A stretch of 64,000 bases of DNA from Candidatus Omnitrophota bacterium (GTDB lineage Bacteria; Omnitrophota; Gorgyraeia; Gygaellales; Profunditerraquicolaceae), in NCBI GenBank assembly GCA_050012075.1, contig JBEKHW010000001.1, forward strand, positions 132,766 to 196,765. The letters run 5' to 3'. Of the stretch, positions 45,233-57,697 are shown in pieces. The position numbers were made by a program, and so were the translations under genes. Each line of letters opens with the position of its first letter. Position 1 is the first letter of the stretch. The notes below the pieces were generated by a model, which was not told the origin of the DNA, did not search any database, and saw only the letters and a program-made list of their open reading frames with translations.

Positions 45233-45560
45233 TAGAGCGATTATAAAACCGTACTCATCTTTACCTTCCACAAAAGCCTTTGTCCCGTCAATAGGGTCAA
45301 TCACCCAGACGTATTCCGCCTCTCTTTTTGGCTCAATCCCTTCCAATTCCTCCTCTGCTATAATTCCATGCTCGGGGAATTCTTTTCTAATCAACCTGAT
45401 TGCCATCCGCTGAATTTCCTGATCGGCTTCGGTGACTATGCTGTAATCTACTTTTGCTCCCAACGACCTCTCTCCTAAAGACGATTTCTTATAATCACTC
45501 ATTATAATCTTTGCTTTTTGGGCTATTGTTCTGGCGATCTCGGCTGCCGCAGCCACAGAG
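44930..45560 (-). other. Inositol monophosphatase / FBPase (IMPase)-family unit, disrupted by the 45241-45360 shifted block
   Basis: 'SIVTEADQEIQRMAIRLIRKEFPEHG' in frame 1. 'IAEEELEG...EYVWVIDPIDGTKAFVEGKDEYGF' readable only in frame 0 (45241-45360). 'ALMRNGMPILALLYAPEW' again in frame 1. Confidence 0.55.
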
Positions 45561-48500
45561 AACGGCGTCCATTCATCTCCCTCAACCTGCGACACAGTAG
45601 CCGGAGAAGAGGCTTTGTCTTCTCGCTGCACGCTGACTATATTAGGATCTGCCTTGCCGGCCTGGATATCTCCCGGTCCCGATAATACCGCTGCCAATTC
45701 TTCGTTCAACTTTTTCAGTTCTTCCTCTAATTCTGTAAGTCTTTTCTCGATTGTTCCCCATTGTGGCGAGCCCTTCTCCCATTTCAATTGTTCTGCTCTT
45801 TTTTCTATTTCTTCTCTGACATTTCCCCTCACCCTTTCCGTGTAATCGTTAACTTTTTTCACTAAGATAGCTGTTGCCGGATGCTCTCCCAAGAGAATAT
45901 CCGGCCTAAAACCATTCGTATTCAACATCTTCAGTAATGTATCAGGAGAAGATTGTAACCCTCTAATCACCAGTACCTTGGGCGTTGTTTGTAATACTTT
46001 TACTATTTCTGTCCCTGCTTTTCCCTCCATTGCTTCTACTATGCCGGCCCATGGCTCTATTATTCCTTGTCGCGTTAATAATATTATGCTATCCAAATAC
46101 TTTTCATAAGCCGCGGGCGTAGGATTATCAAATATAATCTGGAAGCGCTGGCCTTCTTTAGCTTTTTTCTGCAAATATGCATAGAGTTGCCGCTCGAATT
46201 CTTTGATCGCTGATTTACTAAAATCCACCCTTAAATTTAAGCTCGGAAACTCTATTTTGTCTTCAGATATTATGCTCTGCTCCCAGTCTTCAATTGTAAG
46301 CTTATTCAGTCTTTCATTCTGCAAAGATTCTTCCCTAATAAATTTAGAGAAAGCTGCGGCGTAATTAGGGTCGGTAAACTTTCCGTTGTTAGGGTCTCTA
46401 CCTAAAACACCTCCCTCAAGCAAATCTCGAGGTATATGATAGGGCAATGCGATTTCAGGAAATATGGTAAGGCAGTTACCTTCGGCCTTAGCCTGCTTAA
46501 AGGCCTTTTCTAAGCCGGGCATCACCATCTTTTCAAAAACTATCTTTTCAAAATCATCTTTCCCGGGATGAAAACAATATAGAATAGTAATCGGGGAAGT
46601 CTGTTTAACAGAAGAAGCGGCTCTTTTACCAGGAGCGGCCTGGCGGCGTACCGGTACCGCTGCGTCTCCAAGTGAATCAATACCTAAAATTGCTAATACT
46701 GTGCCTATGAATTTGACCAAAAATCCCCTTCGTGAGGAAACAACTAAAGCGTGGGAGTAGATCGTTTCAGCGAATATAGTATTAAAATCATCGCTATTAC
46801 GAGAATAGGCACTAAATTCGTGGATAAAGGATATGGTAAGTTCTTTACTCTCATAGAGGTACTTTTCATTTAGGAATAATCCTTTGGCAGGGACAAGAGA
46901 ACTAAATACTTTATCAGAAGGACCAGCCCTGGTGTGGCCTGTGCGCTTAAGATATTTTATGAAAGCGGCAAGCTGAACAGGGAATTTGCTGCGTAAAATA
47001 TTCGTGGCTGCCGGATCAAGGTTTTTTTCGATTGAGCTAAAATCAATTACTTGTTGCACATCCCACTCCCTACTTATCCTGGCCTGCTCTACGGCAGCTT
47101 CGGCTTCCGAGACGCCGGGTAAGCGGCGGGCGGCATCAAAGAAAGTATTTTTTATGTCCCGATAAATCAGAGGTATCAGTATAATGGCAATAGAGATTAG
47201 CGGTGCAATAGTAAAAAGCAAGCCGATTATATACGCAGGTATATGACCAATAATACCAGCAACATTATGCCAATTTCCATCATTCTGGCAAAACGATATA
47301 AGAGCCCCACATCCTATCTTAAATAACATAAGGAGAGAAATACATCTAACAATTACACCGGGAGCTGTTTTCTTGTATTTACTGCAGCTTAGGATTAAGT
47401 AGAGTGGCAGAGAGCAAACCAGCAGCAAGAGATCCCCGGCAAGATTGAACAATACCGTCGCAACAGAAGGCCCAAGGAATCGTCCGAGCGCATTTAAGGA
47501 ACCCCACTTATCAATATTATACACAGAGGCGGGTAGATCATCGAGATCAAATGAGATAGCGCCACTGTTTCCTTGCCACAGAAGATGATGCATCGCCTTC
47601 TGTGCGAATGCAGGTGAAAATCTGAGTAAAGAAACTACTAACGCTATAGTTAAAACTATTATTAGGAGCGGAACTAGTATGTCTTTTGCTATGTCTTCCA
47701 TTAATCCTTTTTGCGCGAGGGTGGCGCGGGGCTTTCCAGACCGGGCGGTAAGGAAATCGGACGCTTCACCATAGTCCTGTATCCTTTTGGAGAATAGGCG
47801 TGTTTTCAAACTCTTTAAGGCATTCATTAAGGGCGAGGTGAGGAGGACTGGCAAACAAATAATTTGGATGGATCTTAGGGCTAAATAATAAAATAAATCT
47901 AATCTAACCTTTGCGTCTTTGACGGCCTGGAAGTAGAGCCGTAATTCCTTAGGGTGGATGAGATAATATAGGCAACTTATCAAGCAGGCAAGAAGGTGCG
48001 AGCCGGTAGCAAATTCGTTTCGCTCATGGCGGATGAGGTCATTGATAAAAATTTGGAAAGCCATGGAAGCAGGATTGCTGAGATTAAAAGGCGGAGCCCT
48101 GGCTGCTAAGGCCTTGAGAATAGCAATTTTCCCTGGGCGAGTCTTCAAATCGGCAATACTGCCGGTAACGGTCTCATCTACAAAAACAATCTTCTTTAAT
48201 ATTTTGTGGATAATGTATTTCTTAAAATTGCTGAGTTGGTCCTTATTAGCTGATACAATCTCGCCGTAAAGAGTGCCGGGGTAGGCATGCTTCTTCGTGT
48301 CCGCTGCGGCGAGAATAGGTTCCCCACCAGCCACGAAGAGGTAAACTTCTTCCATAAAATTCCGCAGCGGACGAATAATCGAAAGCGTTTTCACTTTGGC
48401 TAAAATAAAATTGAAAAGGGCTGCGGCAGAAGCCAGAACCCCACCAGCCACGGAAGAGGTGATCCAGCTTAAATCCTGCCGCAACCCGATAAAAGATTGT

Positions 48501-51500
48501 TTTATAATGTAGCTATCATAGGCATTGCTGCCCTTCCCCATTGCTGCGGGGCTGGAACCCTTCAAGACAGAACCAGGCCTTTTCTTAAATGTATCCGCCC
48601 GCGAAGAGAATATTCTATTCCAACTGTCAGGTATAGTTAGATGTTCACCTACGGAAATAATCTTGGCGGGCGCAGAACGAGTAGAATATGCCTTAAAATT
48701 ATTAAACAGTGTTTCTTGGACTTCTTCAAAGGAAGCAAACCGGCTAAAATCTATACTATTGGCCCAGGGCGGAAATTGCCACTGACCACTCTCTTTATAA
48801 ACATAGTACATAGCGGATTCTTGATAAAGGGCGGTCTTAAAACGAAATTGCACTTTAATGCCGAGCTTGCCCAGCTCTTTATGATTCAACCAGCCCTGTA
48901 TAAATAAATTTACCGCTTCAAATCCGGGAACCCGACTCTCTTTTCTTATCTTTGTTATTTGAATATTGCTAAACTTTGACTTAAGAGCTGTTTCGAGCTG
49001 CTCAGGGAATGTTGTGAGTGCGCTCGCCCTATCTTCCTGATTCATGCCGTTATCATCAATAATAAAATTAAATCCTAAAATATCATCTAAATATGTAAGC
49101 GGAGCGGCAGTAATAACAGCCCGGTGTTTCATTATCTTTTCTATAACTCTGGATATGCTTAAAGAAGCATTTTTCTTATTAACGCCTTCTATCTGTAGTA
49201 TTATTTTTTCTAACTTTATGATTAAGCTCTTATATTGTTTTATCCTTGAGAATAATTTAATGTTGTCCTTACCGGCTACAATGCTGCCCAATGTTTTGTA
49301 GACCTGGAACACCATGGTTTCCCACATCGTATCCGGCTCCCAGGCCAGTTCTTTGTTATATTCATATCTTTCTGAACTATAAAATATTTCATCAATTTTC
49401 CTTTTTTCTTTTTCGCTTAGTTGCATATTCTTTAAGATTGAGCCCAGGCTATCTAAGATTCCCTTATCAGGTTTACTCTCATACCCAAATAGCAAGGTAA
49501 GTTTCTCAAGGAGCGAAAGCAGCTCCTGCGACGCCTTCCCTCCAAAAGCATAGCAATCTCTCACATCTGAGATGGCCTTATCAAACCATATTTCAAAATC
49601 ACTGAAAGATTCGAAATAATGGGCGATATCGGCAACTTTAGAGGGCACATCCACCTGAAAGCCGGAAATATCCGTTGCGGCCGGGCTGGAACCTTTTGAA
49701 TTGGAGGCTTTTTTGCGCTTGCCCTGGCCTTTCTCACTGATGGTCTTACCGGGAATATTTTTGGCGGTAATAAAATAACTTGGCACAGTTGAGATAAGAT
49801 TAATTAGAAAATGCATCGTAATAGAAGAGACTAAAGAACCTGTTATCCAATAAACGTAAGCAAAGAAAATGCCGCTAACCCATTGAAAGATCATACTACA
49901 TTTGCCATGTGAATCAGAGAATACGTGCGCATTGCTTAATATCGCAAATAGAATACCCGAAGGCATGCCAAAAATATATGTGCCTGTTAGATTCAATAGA
50001 TCGCACCAGAACCAGCATTGTATATTAAAAAGTATCCCCCGGAATAAAACCTCCTCTATGATCGGAGCCCAAAGAGATCCCGCAATAATAAGTTTTACGG
50101 AATCTTTACGCCTGAAACTGTCTTTAAGCTTTTTCCCGGCTAAGTCATATAATATAGCCACTGCCACTAATAAGCCTAATTCTATGGGGGCTTGTACGGT
50201 AAACAAGAAACCCGCACCGAAACAAATATTCGATATTATCGAACCCCAATTTTGATAGAGAATAAACGGCAGGATAAGAGCCGGTATTAAAATATGCCTG
50301 CGTCTGATCTCCAATTCTTCTTTCTTGGTATCTTCTTTCTTAGCGAAATCGGCAATGAATCCTGTGAATTGGCGTAGTAAAAGATACGCTGCGTAGATTA
50401 ACGGTATCCCGATACCTGCGTTAAAGAATCTTAAGCCGATTACGCTGAATTTTGCAGCAATACTGCTTAAACCAGCCATGCCAATATAAATACCGCAATC
50501 TATAGCAGCAATACAGAAGATTGACATGATAGTAGCAGACATCCCTAACATAAACTTTGCCCAAGATCCCGGGGCTGCTTTTTCCAAGATCGTTTTTGTG
50601 AAGGCATTTAATTTATTTACGAGCATTCTTTCTACTTTGAACATAGCCATGCACGCTATTATTGCAATAGCCCAATCTATACCGCTTAGAGAAGGCTTAA
50701 AACAAAAATCAGTCATTGCGGAGGGACTGGAAGCTTTCGATACGGAAGCATCCCTGTTTCCTGTGGGGATCTCCGGAAGGAAGGCCTTTAATTTTGCCTG
50801 TATCCCGGCTAAATCATCTGCGGGGGTAGATTTTTCGCCAAGCGCCAGAATATTGGCGTGATATTCGCTGCGCGCCAATGCTGCCTGCCCTACGGTGTGG
50901 CAAAGGGCGCAGCGCACATTGTTAAATTTATTAGTTGCTATTGATATGCCGATACCGGTTGTGCACATTACGATACCAAACGCGCATTCGCCTGAACTGA
51001 CCAAACAGCTGACTGCCGTAGCGAATTTTGGATAATGGCAGGAATCTATATTGAATGTGCCCTGGTCCAATACAACCCAGCCTGATTTCTCAAGCTCGCT
51101 TTTTACTTTTTCTTTTAAGGCAAATGCGCCATGGTCGCCGCCGATAGCTATTTTTCCTGCTGCGCCCGGCTGCATGATTAATCCAGCTGCCGGCTTCTGC
51201 GCTACTTCTCTTTCAATTTCGCTTACTAAATTCAATCTCTGCGCGTGCCTGCCGCCCTCAAATTCTGCCAGGCGGAATTTGGCAATAAATTCTTTAGTAG
51301 CAGGATTACCTTTTACTATTACAAGGATGTTGGCGCTATTGTGCTGACGGGTTAATGCAACGGTCTCCGCGTTAAAACAGAAAGCAGCGCGTATACCAGC
51401 TTTTTTATTGGCGAACATAGTAATACCTATGGCTGTGCTTTCCGTATCGGCGATAATTATACCCCGCGCGATTTTTTCTTGCGCAATACCATCTGCCATT

Positions 51501-54500
51501 TTATTCACTACCTGCCTGAAATTATCCCGGTTGGCAGATACGCGGACAATTGGCGTAGAACGCTTACTATATTTGATGCTCCACGAGGCAGTCCTTGACT
51601 CGCCCGATTTAAGAATAACTGGGGTGGCTTCATCTATGAGACTGTTATAGAGATTAATCGCATTTGCCGCGGAGGTTGTCGGCTGGATACTGGCAACGCC
51701 CTCCGGGAAGTTAGGGTTACCTAAAGGCACGAAAAGCATTACATTCTTATATATGCTGCTTTGAGTAACATACAGATTCTCTCCGCTAAGCGGGTTAAAG
51801 AAACGGGAAATGATTTTCCTTTTCTTTGGATCAAACCCGGTAATCCCCTGCTCAAATGCACGGGTTAACGGAGTAAGCTCGCTCACATCTGTTGAACCCT
51901 TTTCTACAAACAGCGGCGGCTGGTAACGCGGGACTTGTAGCGCTTCTTTTGTATCGTGCACCTTCCAGTATTTTTTCCCGGGAACCTGCACTTCCCAGCT
52001 GCGGATATCATTCAGATAACCCCACCAATGGTCGCCAAAGCTGCAGATACGCCGTTTTGTATCTTTATTCACTACTTCGGTTATTGGCAGGAATTCATCT
52101 TCTTTGAGCCAGAGGGTGCGAGTAAGGTCAAAATTGCCGAAGTTACTGCTGATTTCCGCGGATTCGCTTGTGGAGTAGAAAAGCTTGATGTAACGCCAGC
52201 CAAACCAGCCTTTTCCTACGCTGATAAAATGCCATTTAACTTTATCCGTCATCCCGTGCAGGGCATTTGGCCCAGTTACAAGATCAGGATTATAACGCAT
52301 GGTTTTCAAACCTTGGCCGGCACTCACATTAATTTTTTGGCCATCAAATTCCGCTATCCCGTTATGTATACGGCTGGTCCAGGGGAACATAAAAGGTATG
52401 CCACCGGGAAGTGGTAACCCGGTTTTTTCATCTACCAAGCGCGTGACTTTACCTTTAGTAGCATCAAAACCCTTGTGCCAGACAATGCGCTTACCGTTCA
52501 ATACCAAATCCACAATAGTGCCGCCTAATTCAGCAACGGAAAAGTAAGAATTCTTACCGCATGATACCGTGCGGATTTTATAACCGTCATCAGAAATATG
52601 TTCCTTGTAATTCTCCTCAGGCGCGACCATTGAGGCCACTTTAACGCGTTCAAAGATAGAAGCGCCCGGCCTTCTGGAGGAAACCCCGAAGGCATTATAT
52701 GTATTTATGCACAATAACGCGGCCCCGCATCCTACGAGAGGAGTCAACCATCCCCACCATGGCAGGAGGTTAAGATACCAATAATTGAGCGGGACGACCC
52801 AACATCTTTTCCACACGCGCTCCCAGGTCTTAATAACCTGCCAAGATAAACTGTAATCCGCGTTTACCACCTCAACATTCTCAAGAGAATTTTCTCTGGC
52901 TGCTTTCCTGGCAAAATAGCCCGGTATAAATATTGAATACAGGGAAATAAGCCCCACGCCTGGTATGTAGATGATCAGCGCGCGAAGCAGATTGTAAAGA
53001 CTCCAAGTTCCTACCTGGGGGACGAAATGGCCGATACCGGCAATCAGGCCCTGCATGGCTACCCCAAGGAATAAACCCGTAACGAAAATGGTAGCTGCGC
53101 GTTTTAAAGATTGGGAGAAGCTATGCCTGGGCCCGTCGGCAATACGCATACCCACAAAATCTCCTGCGACAACCAGGGATGCAAACAACAGGATGTTGCG
53201 TAACAGCACCTGGTCCAATGCAAAAAGGTACAGCAGCGTTTCTCCTATGCCGAATAATGACAGGCCGATAGCGCCTGTGACTAGCGCAGTCAAACAAACT
53301 GCCGAAACTATCAAGCGCCGCGATGAAAGCGCTTTCGTTTCTGGGCCAACAAAATCTACGGCAGGAGAAGAAGCAACCGACCCGCCGAGCACTGCGACAA
53401 GCGACACATCCTTTATAAAATCTATTTCTTTTAATTCATTCTTGCCATAACGCCGGCCTGCTTTTTCTGTATAATAGAGATTTTCTCCTGCCTTATAAAT
53501 GCGTAGATCGGCATTCTTGCAGCGGATGATGATGTCTTCTGCTTTCTTGAGCCGGTATATCTGTAAATCAAGACTGTCGGGGAATTTATTACTTGCCCAG
53601 TCCAAGATCATAAGCGTATCCTGCAGCGGCCTGTATCTTATATGATCTATGACTCTGCCTGCGGCGCCATTTACCTCCAGCAAATTCCTTAAAGTAACTA
53701 TACAAATACCTGCTGCTGCGGCCAGATTCTCCGCGAAGGAATCTTCTTCCGGAGTAAGCCTTACGCTAATCTTAACCTTCTTCACTTTGGAAGGATCAAG
53801 AGAGAGTTCTGCCATAATCTGCTGAAGTAGGGCCCTGAGCGGATCAGGTATTACCTGTTTTTTATTTTCCTCTTCCGGAAAATAAAATCCTACGCGGGCA
53901 TTCTTTTTGTTGCGTAAATCCCAAAGAGTTAAAAGGGTTGTTTTTAAGCTGGGATGAAAGATCTCTTTACCTTGAATTACTGCCGGAGCAATCTGTAGAT
54001 AAATCTTCTGGGCTACATTTTTGCCTATGATTTTTACTGCGCGCGGGATTTTAAGGGTGAATACGCCGATCCCGGAAAAGGTCTCGATATCTCTGGGCCT
54101 TATATTATTAAACATTGCCCGGGCGGCTTTAAACTCCTGCTGCCGGATAAGCTCCTTATAGAGACAGTTGGCGCGGATTATTGTCTGCCTTGCCGGACTT
54201 ATCTTCAATAAACCAAGTAATAACCTTTGTAATTTTGTTTTTTCCTTGCCCCGCGCCTTTATTTCTTTGGCCAGATAAAAGATGGTCATAATAGAGCCTA
54301 TCCTGTCCTGGAAAAGCGCAAAAAGCCCGGTCTGTTTTATGATATAGCAGGCAAAGTCAATCTCCTTCTTACTCGCTGCGACTAACCGCTTCAATAAGGC
54401 CTGCTGCGCGCCCTCAGCTATCTCCTGGTTGAATTCTCCTCTTAGTTTTTCCTGGAATGACCGGGATATGACCTCTACAATGCCTAATGCGTGCTGATGC

Positions 54501-57500
54501 TTCGCCTGGTATTTCTTAAACACCTTACCTATATTAAGTATGTATTCACCTAACAAAGGCACAAGCTCGTCCAAAGGAGTAAGGGATGTCCTGACTATTT
54601 CTTCGGTATCCAGGTCCCTTAACGCAAGGCGTCCTTTTTCATTCCAGGTCTTAAGATATGTTCCGGAGACTTCATATCCTTGCCTTGCGTCTATGTTCTC
54701 AAATATAATTCTCGTGGTGTAGATATCCCGTACCGTCAATGACTGGTTTGACTTACGCGTGGCCAGATGGGTAAGGGTGAGCTGGAAACCACTCATTGCA
54801 TCAATGTCTTTGAATATTATCTCTTTGGTTTTTACCGCTCTTAAGGTAAGATGGCCGCCTGCTTTACGCGTAGCCAGATGCGTAAGCGTCCACGCATAAT
54901 CCCATGTAGCGTCTATGCCGCAAGCTGCTTCCCCGTCCTGAAATACAGGGTTTTCTGCAGGGTCAAATAGCCATACGCGCTTGGATACGCCTTTGACAAG
55001 CTGATAGCCGGCTTCATTTCTCTCAATCTGCCTGACTTTTTCTTTGATTATATTTTCAAACTTCGCGATTAACGCCTCATCTGTAATTACAATCGCGGCA
55101 GGAGAAGAGCCGGCTTGCTTCGTTTTCTCAACACTAGGACGCCTATTCTGATCTTTAAAGGAAGCGGTTAAAATTGCGCCTAATAATAATACATAAAGCG
55201 CCATCCCTGTGGGCACTGCCCAAGATAGATAAGAACCGGCAGGAGGGCTTTCGTTCAACTTATCTTCTACCGCGATTTTGTACGCCTTAACGTCAAATAT
55301 CTTCTTATTGAAATTAACGTACATCGGCTCAAGCTCCGAAACCTGCTCCCAGGTATTGCCTCCTAAAATCCTATTTATCTCTTTATTGTCTCCGGTTAAA
55401 TACAGATATTCTAAAACCTTAAACCCTCTTATACGGGCTGCATCAATATCCTTTAATCCTGACCTTTCACCGATTTTTTCTGCAAGATAAATGACGGCTT
55501 CCTGCTGGCATGGATAGCAGGAGATATCCACAGAACTTAAGACCGAAGATAAATCACCATTTACAATCAGCGCTCTTTCAATCAGGGTGGTCATCCCCTC
55601 ATCCAGTATCTCGTTTTGGAACCCTGCGGCATTAATATGCAGGGCCTCGTGTAGATGAGTCCTCTTAATCCGTTCTGCAGAATCTTTTATCAATAACGGA
55701 TAAATGAATTCTTTACGGCTGACCCCGGGATAACTTCTGCCAGTGAGATTCTCTTCCGGCTTATCAATAAATACCGGCTGCGGCTTCTTGTATCTCAAAC
55801 CGAAAGATTCAATATATTTCCTGGCTATTTCATCGCCTTCCCTGACTATGTTATCTTCTAAAACAGAGGCAGGCCTTGAATTATTCCGAGCATAAACTGC
55901 GATATCAACTTTTTGCAGATTATAGAGCAGAAGAAATGCCGCGCCTATCTCAATCGCCAAGAGGGCAACGAGCAGCAAGGCGTTGGAAATTGGGCTGTCT
56001 TTTTTACCAGTTTTTGTCCGCGCAGCATCTGAGGGCACCGTTGCTGGGCTGCTAACTATTCCTGCTTGGTTTAACAGGCCAGGCTCCGCCCTATGGACTG
56101 CAGGCGCCTGGATTTCAACAAAGGTTTCTCCGGAATATGTGTAATTCGCCAGGAATCCTGTGATAGGTGGAGAGTTTTCAAGTATTTCCAGCCATTCAAT
56201 GAGCTGCCCCTGTAAAGCTCCTGACTCCGGCCCTATATAGGTAGACATATTGGTATCTTCATATATTGAGCCCACGTGAGCGGTTATGACAATAATGAGC
56301 GAATTGGATTCTTTCTTGAAGGCGGTTTCAACCGGTATTGCCGGGGTTGAGGAAGTTTTTGTGCAGACATTACAGCCTAAATCCTGCTGTTGACTATTTA
56401 CAAACGGCCCAACAGTAGCGGGCGAAGAACCGCCCCGCTCTGCTATCAGCCGCACAGCTTCGATTGCCGCGGGTGTAGCAATCTGTGTCCCCGGTAACGT
56501 TACGGTTGCTGCGCCAAATAAGCTCGCCTGATGCAGCGCCTCTTCTTCGCTTCCGCCTTTAGCTAACTTAAGCACAAACCCTGCGTTTGCGGAATCACCG
56601 GCTCCAACAGGGCTTACCACTCTAACCTTGATAGCCGGTTCTTTTATAACCCTACCATCCCGCAATACCAGTATCATTCCTTCTATATCCTGCTTTACCA
56701 GGACACCGCGTAAATTATATTTCTTTATGAGCTCGCGGGAATATTCCTCTATCTCATCCGCGTTTAATTTCTCTCTGGATAAAACACCTCCACTGGCAAA
56801 CCCCATTTGTTCCAATATCGTGATAAATTCTTCTTTATTAGGAGCGATTATATCAGAGGGCTCTTTTCTTTCTACTTGCGCCAACACTGCTTCTGTTTCT
56901 GCTTTGGTAGTGGACCCCCTCTGGAAGTCCAGAAGCGCCTGGATATTATGCCTATGAGCGATCTCTACGATAGATTTATAAATACGCGGCGTTTCGTCCG
57001 ATGCAATCTGCCCTCCTACGGTTGTCACCAGCCACTTACAATTGGGAGCGCCGGACAGCATCCTGTCAACTTCGTTTAATAAATTATCTGCGACCTCCGA
57101 GGAAATCACGCCTCCTAAACTAGTCATTCCGGCAATAAGCTCACCGCCTATAATATGGTTAATAAGTATCTTGTGCGCGGTTTGTGTGGGCACAAAAGAA
57201 GCTATGATATGCTCATTCGCTAATTTCCGGCAGCGCATATCAGCAATCTCGTCTCTTCCCTTAAATCCCACAAAAGCAATATATTCATTCTGATTTGACA
57301 CTGCCTTGGCTGTATTTGCCGCTCCCCCGCCTGCATCAAACTGAACATCAACCAATTCTAATGTGCCGTCGCCCTTATCCTTCCAAACAAAGGCAATATC
57401 CGCTGCTCCGCATATATTGACTCCCATAACCATCGTTTTATTTAATAAACCTTCTCCGGAGAACTCCGGTTCTCTAGTGTCGGGTGATTGCTCTTTCCTT

Positions 57501-57541
57501 AACTTGATAAACCTAATTGGCGCATCCGTTAACCTTGCCAT
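45332..57541 (-). CDS. Giant multidomain protein, fragment 2, in the same frame as fragment 1. Contains PfkB kinase-like, TM plus HExxH, multi-TM, mutarotase-like, tandem RpiB-like and CPBP protease-like units, more membrane blocks, and the N-terminal part of the IMPase-like unit. The start is unresolved. The first in-frame ATG is at 57539-57541, but a GSSPA junction motif (57662-57676) lies in-frame between the TAG and that ATG, so the frame probably does not really restart. Ends at TGA 45332-45334, which sits inside a +1-shifted block.
   Basis: Frame = 1 mod 3 verified at 57478, 57598, 56620, 56431, 56053, 55111, 53374, 52420, 51160, 50734, 50086, 49693, 48559, 47698 and 45613. Confidence 0.5.
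47100..47700 (-). other. Multi-TM membrane block
   Basis: 'EDIAKDILVPLLIIVLTIALVVSLLRF' (47641-47698, verified) plus further hydrophobic helices downstream. Confidence 0.35.
49750..50700 (-). other. CPBP-family (CAAX protease-like) intramembrane protease-like unit with extra TM helices
   Basis: 'IAGSLWAPIIEEVLFRG' EExxxR motif (50037-50086, verified), 'FAILSNAH', 'SITMHFLINL' HxxxN. Flanked by ASSPS (50720-50734) and GSSPA (49679-49693). Confidence 0.5.
50830..51700 (-). other. Tandem ribose-5-phosphate isomerase B (RpiB/LacAB)-like units
   Basis: 'KIAIGGDHGAFALKEKVKSELEKSGWVVLDQGTF...CTTGIGISIATNKFNNVRCALCHTV' (51121-51160, verified), preceded by a second partial RpiB-like copy. Confidence 0.6.
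51850..52700 (-). other. Aldose-1-epimerase / YeaD-type mutarotase-like unit
   Basis: 'GLPLPGGIPFMFPWTSRIHN' (52361-52420, verified) resembles the YeaD 'RGGIPICWPWFG' motif. Confidence 0.4.
52950..53350 (-). other. Multi-pass transmembrane block (about 4-6 helices)
   Basis: Consecutive hydrophobic ~20-aa segments in the frame translation, e.g. 'LIVSAVCLTALVTGAIGLSLFGI' and 'ATIFVTGLFLGVAMQGLIAGIG'. Preceded by ASSPA at 53360-53374. Confidence 0.4.
54720..54900 (-). repeat. Short tandem repeat (~90 nt x2) encoding 'TLTHLATRK...LTLR' peptide repeats
   Basis: 'cgcgtggccagatgggtaagggtgag' and 'cgcgtagccagatgcgtaagcgtcca' repeat on the + strand. Confidence 0.4.
55150..55990 (-). other. Membrane-anchored HExxH zinc-metallopeptidase-like unit
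   Basis: TM helix 'ISNALLLVALLAIEIGAAFLLLY' (55925-55990, verified). 'THLHEALHIN' HExxH (55630-55660, verified). Second hydrophobic helix 'SYLSWAVPTGMALYVLLLGAILTA' near 55150-55230. Confidence 0.4.
56440..57540 (-). other. PfkB-family sugar kinase-like unit (1-phosphofructokinase / tagatose-6-P kinase type)
   Basis: 'NKTMVMGVNICGA...GGGAANTAKAV' N-terminal glycine-rich motif and 'VVSPVGAGDSANAGFV' (56581-56620, verified). Followed by GGSSPATV at 56417-56431. Confidence 0.55.
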
Positions 57542-57697
57542 AATTCCATTTCTCTTGCTTACTTCCAGGCCCCTTACTGCCTTTGTTGCTATCTTTAAGG
57601 ACTCCGCGGTTATCGCTCCCTGCAAATATTCAGCCAGTTCTTTTTTAACAGTATCAACAATCTGCTGGAGAGCTTCCTGCCCGGGCACTGCTGCCGG

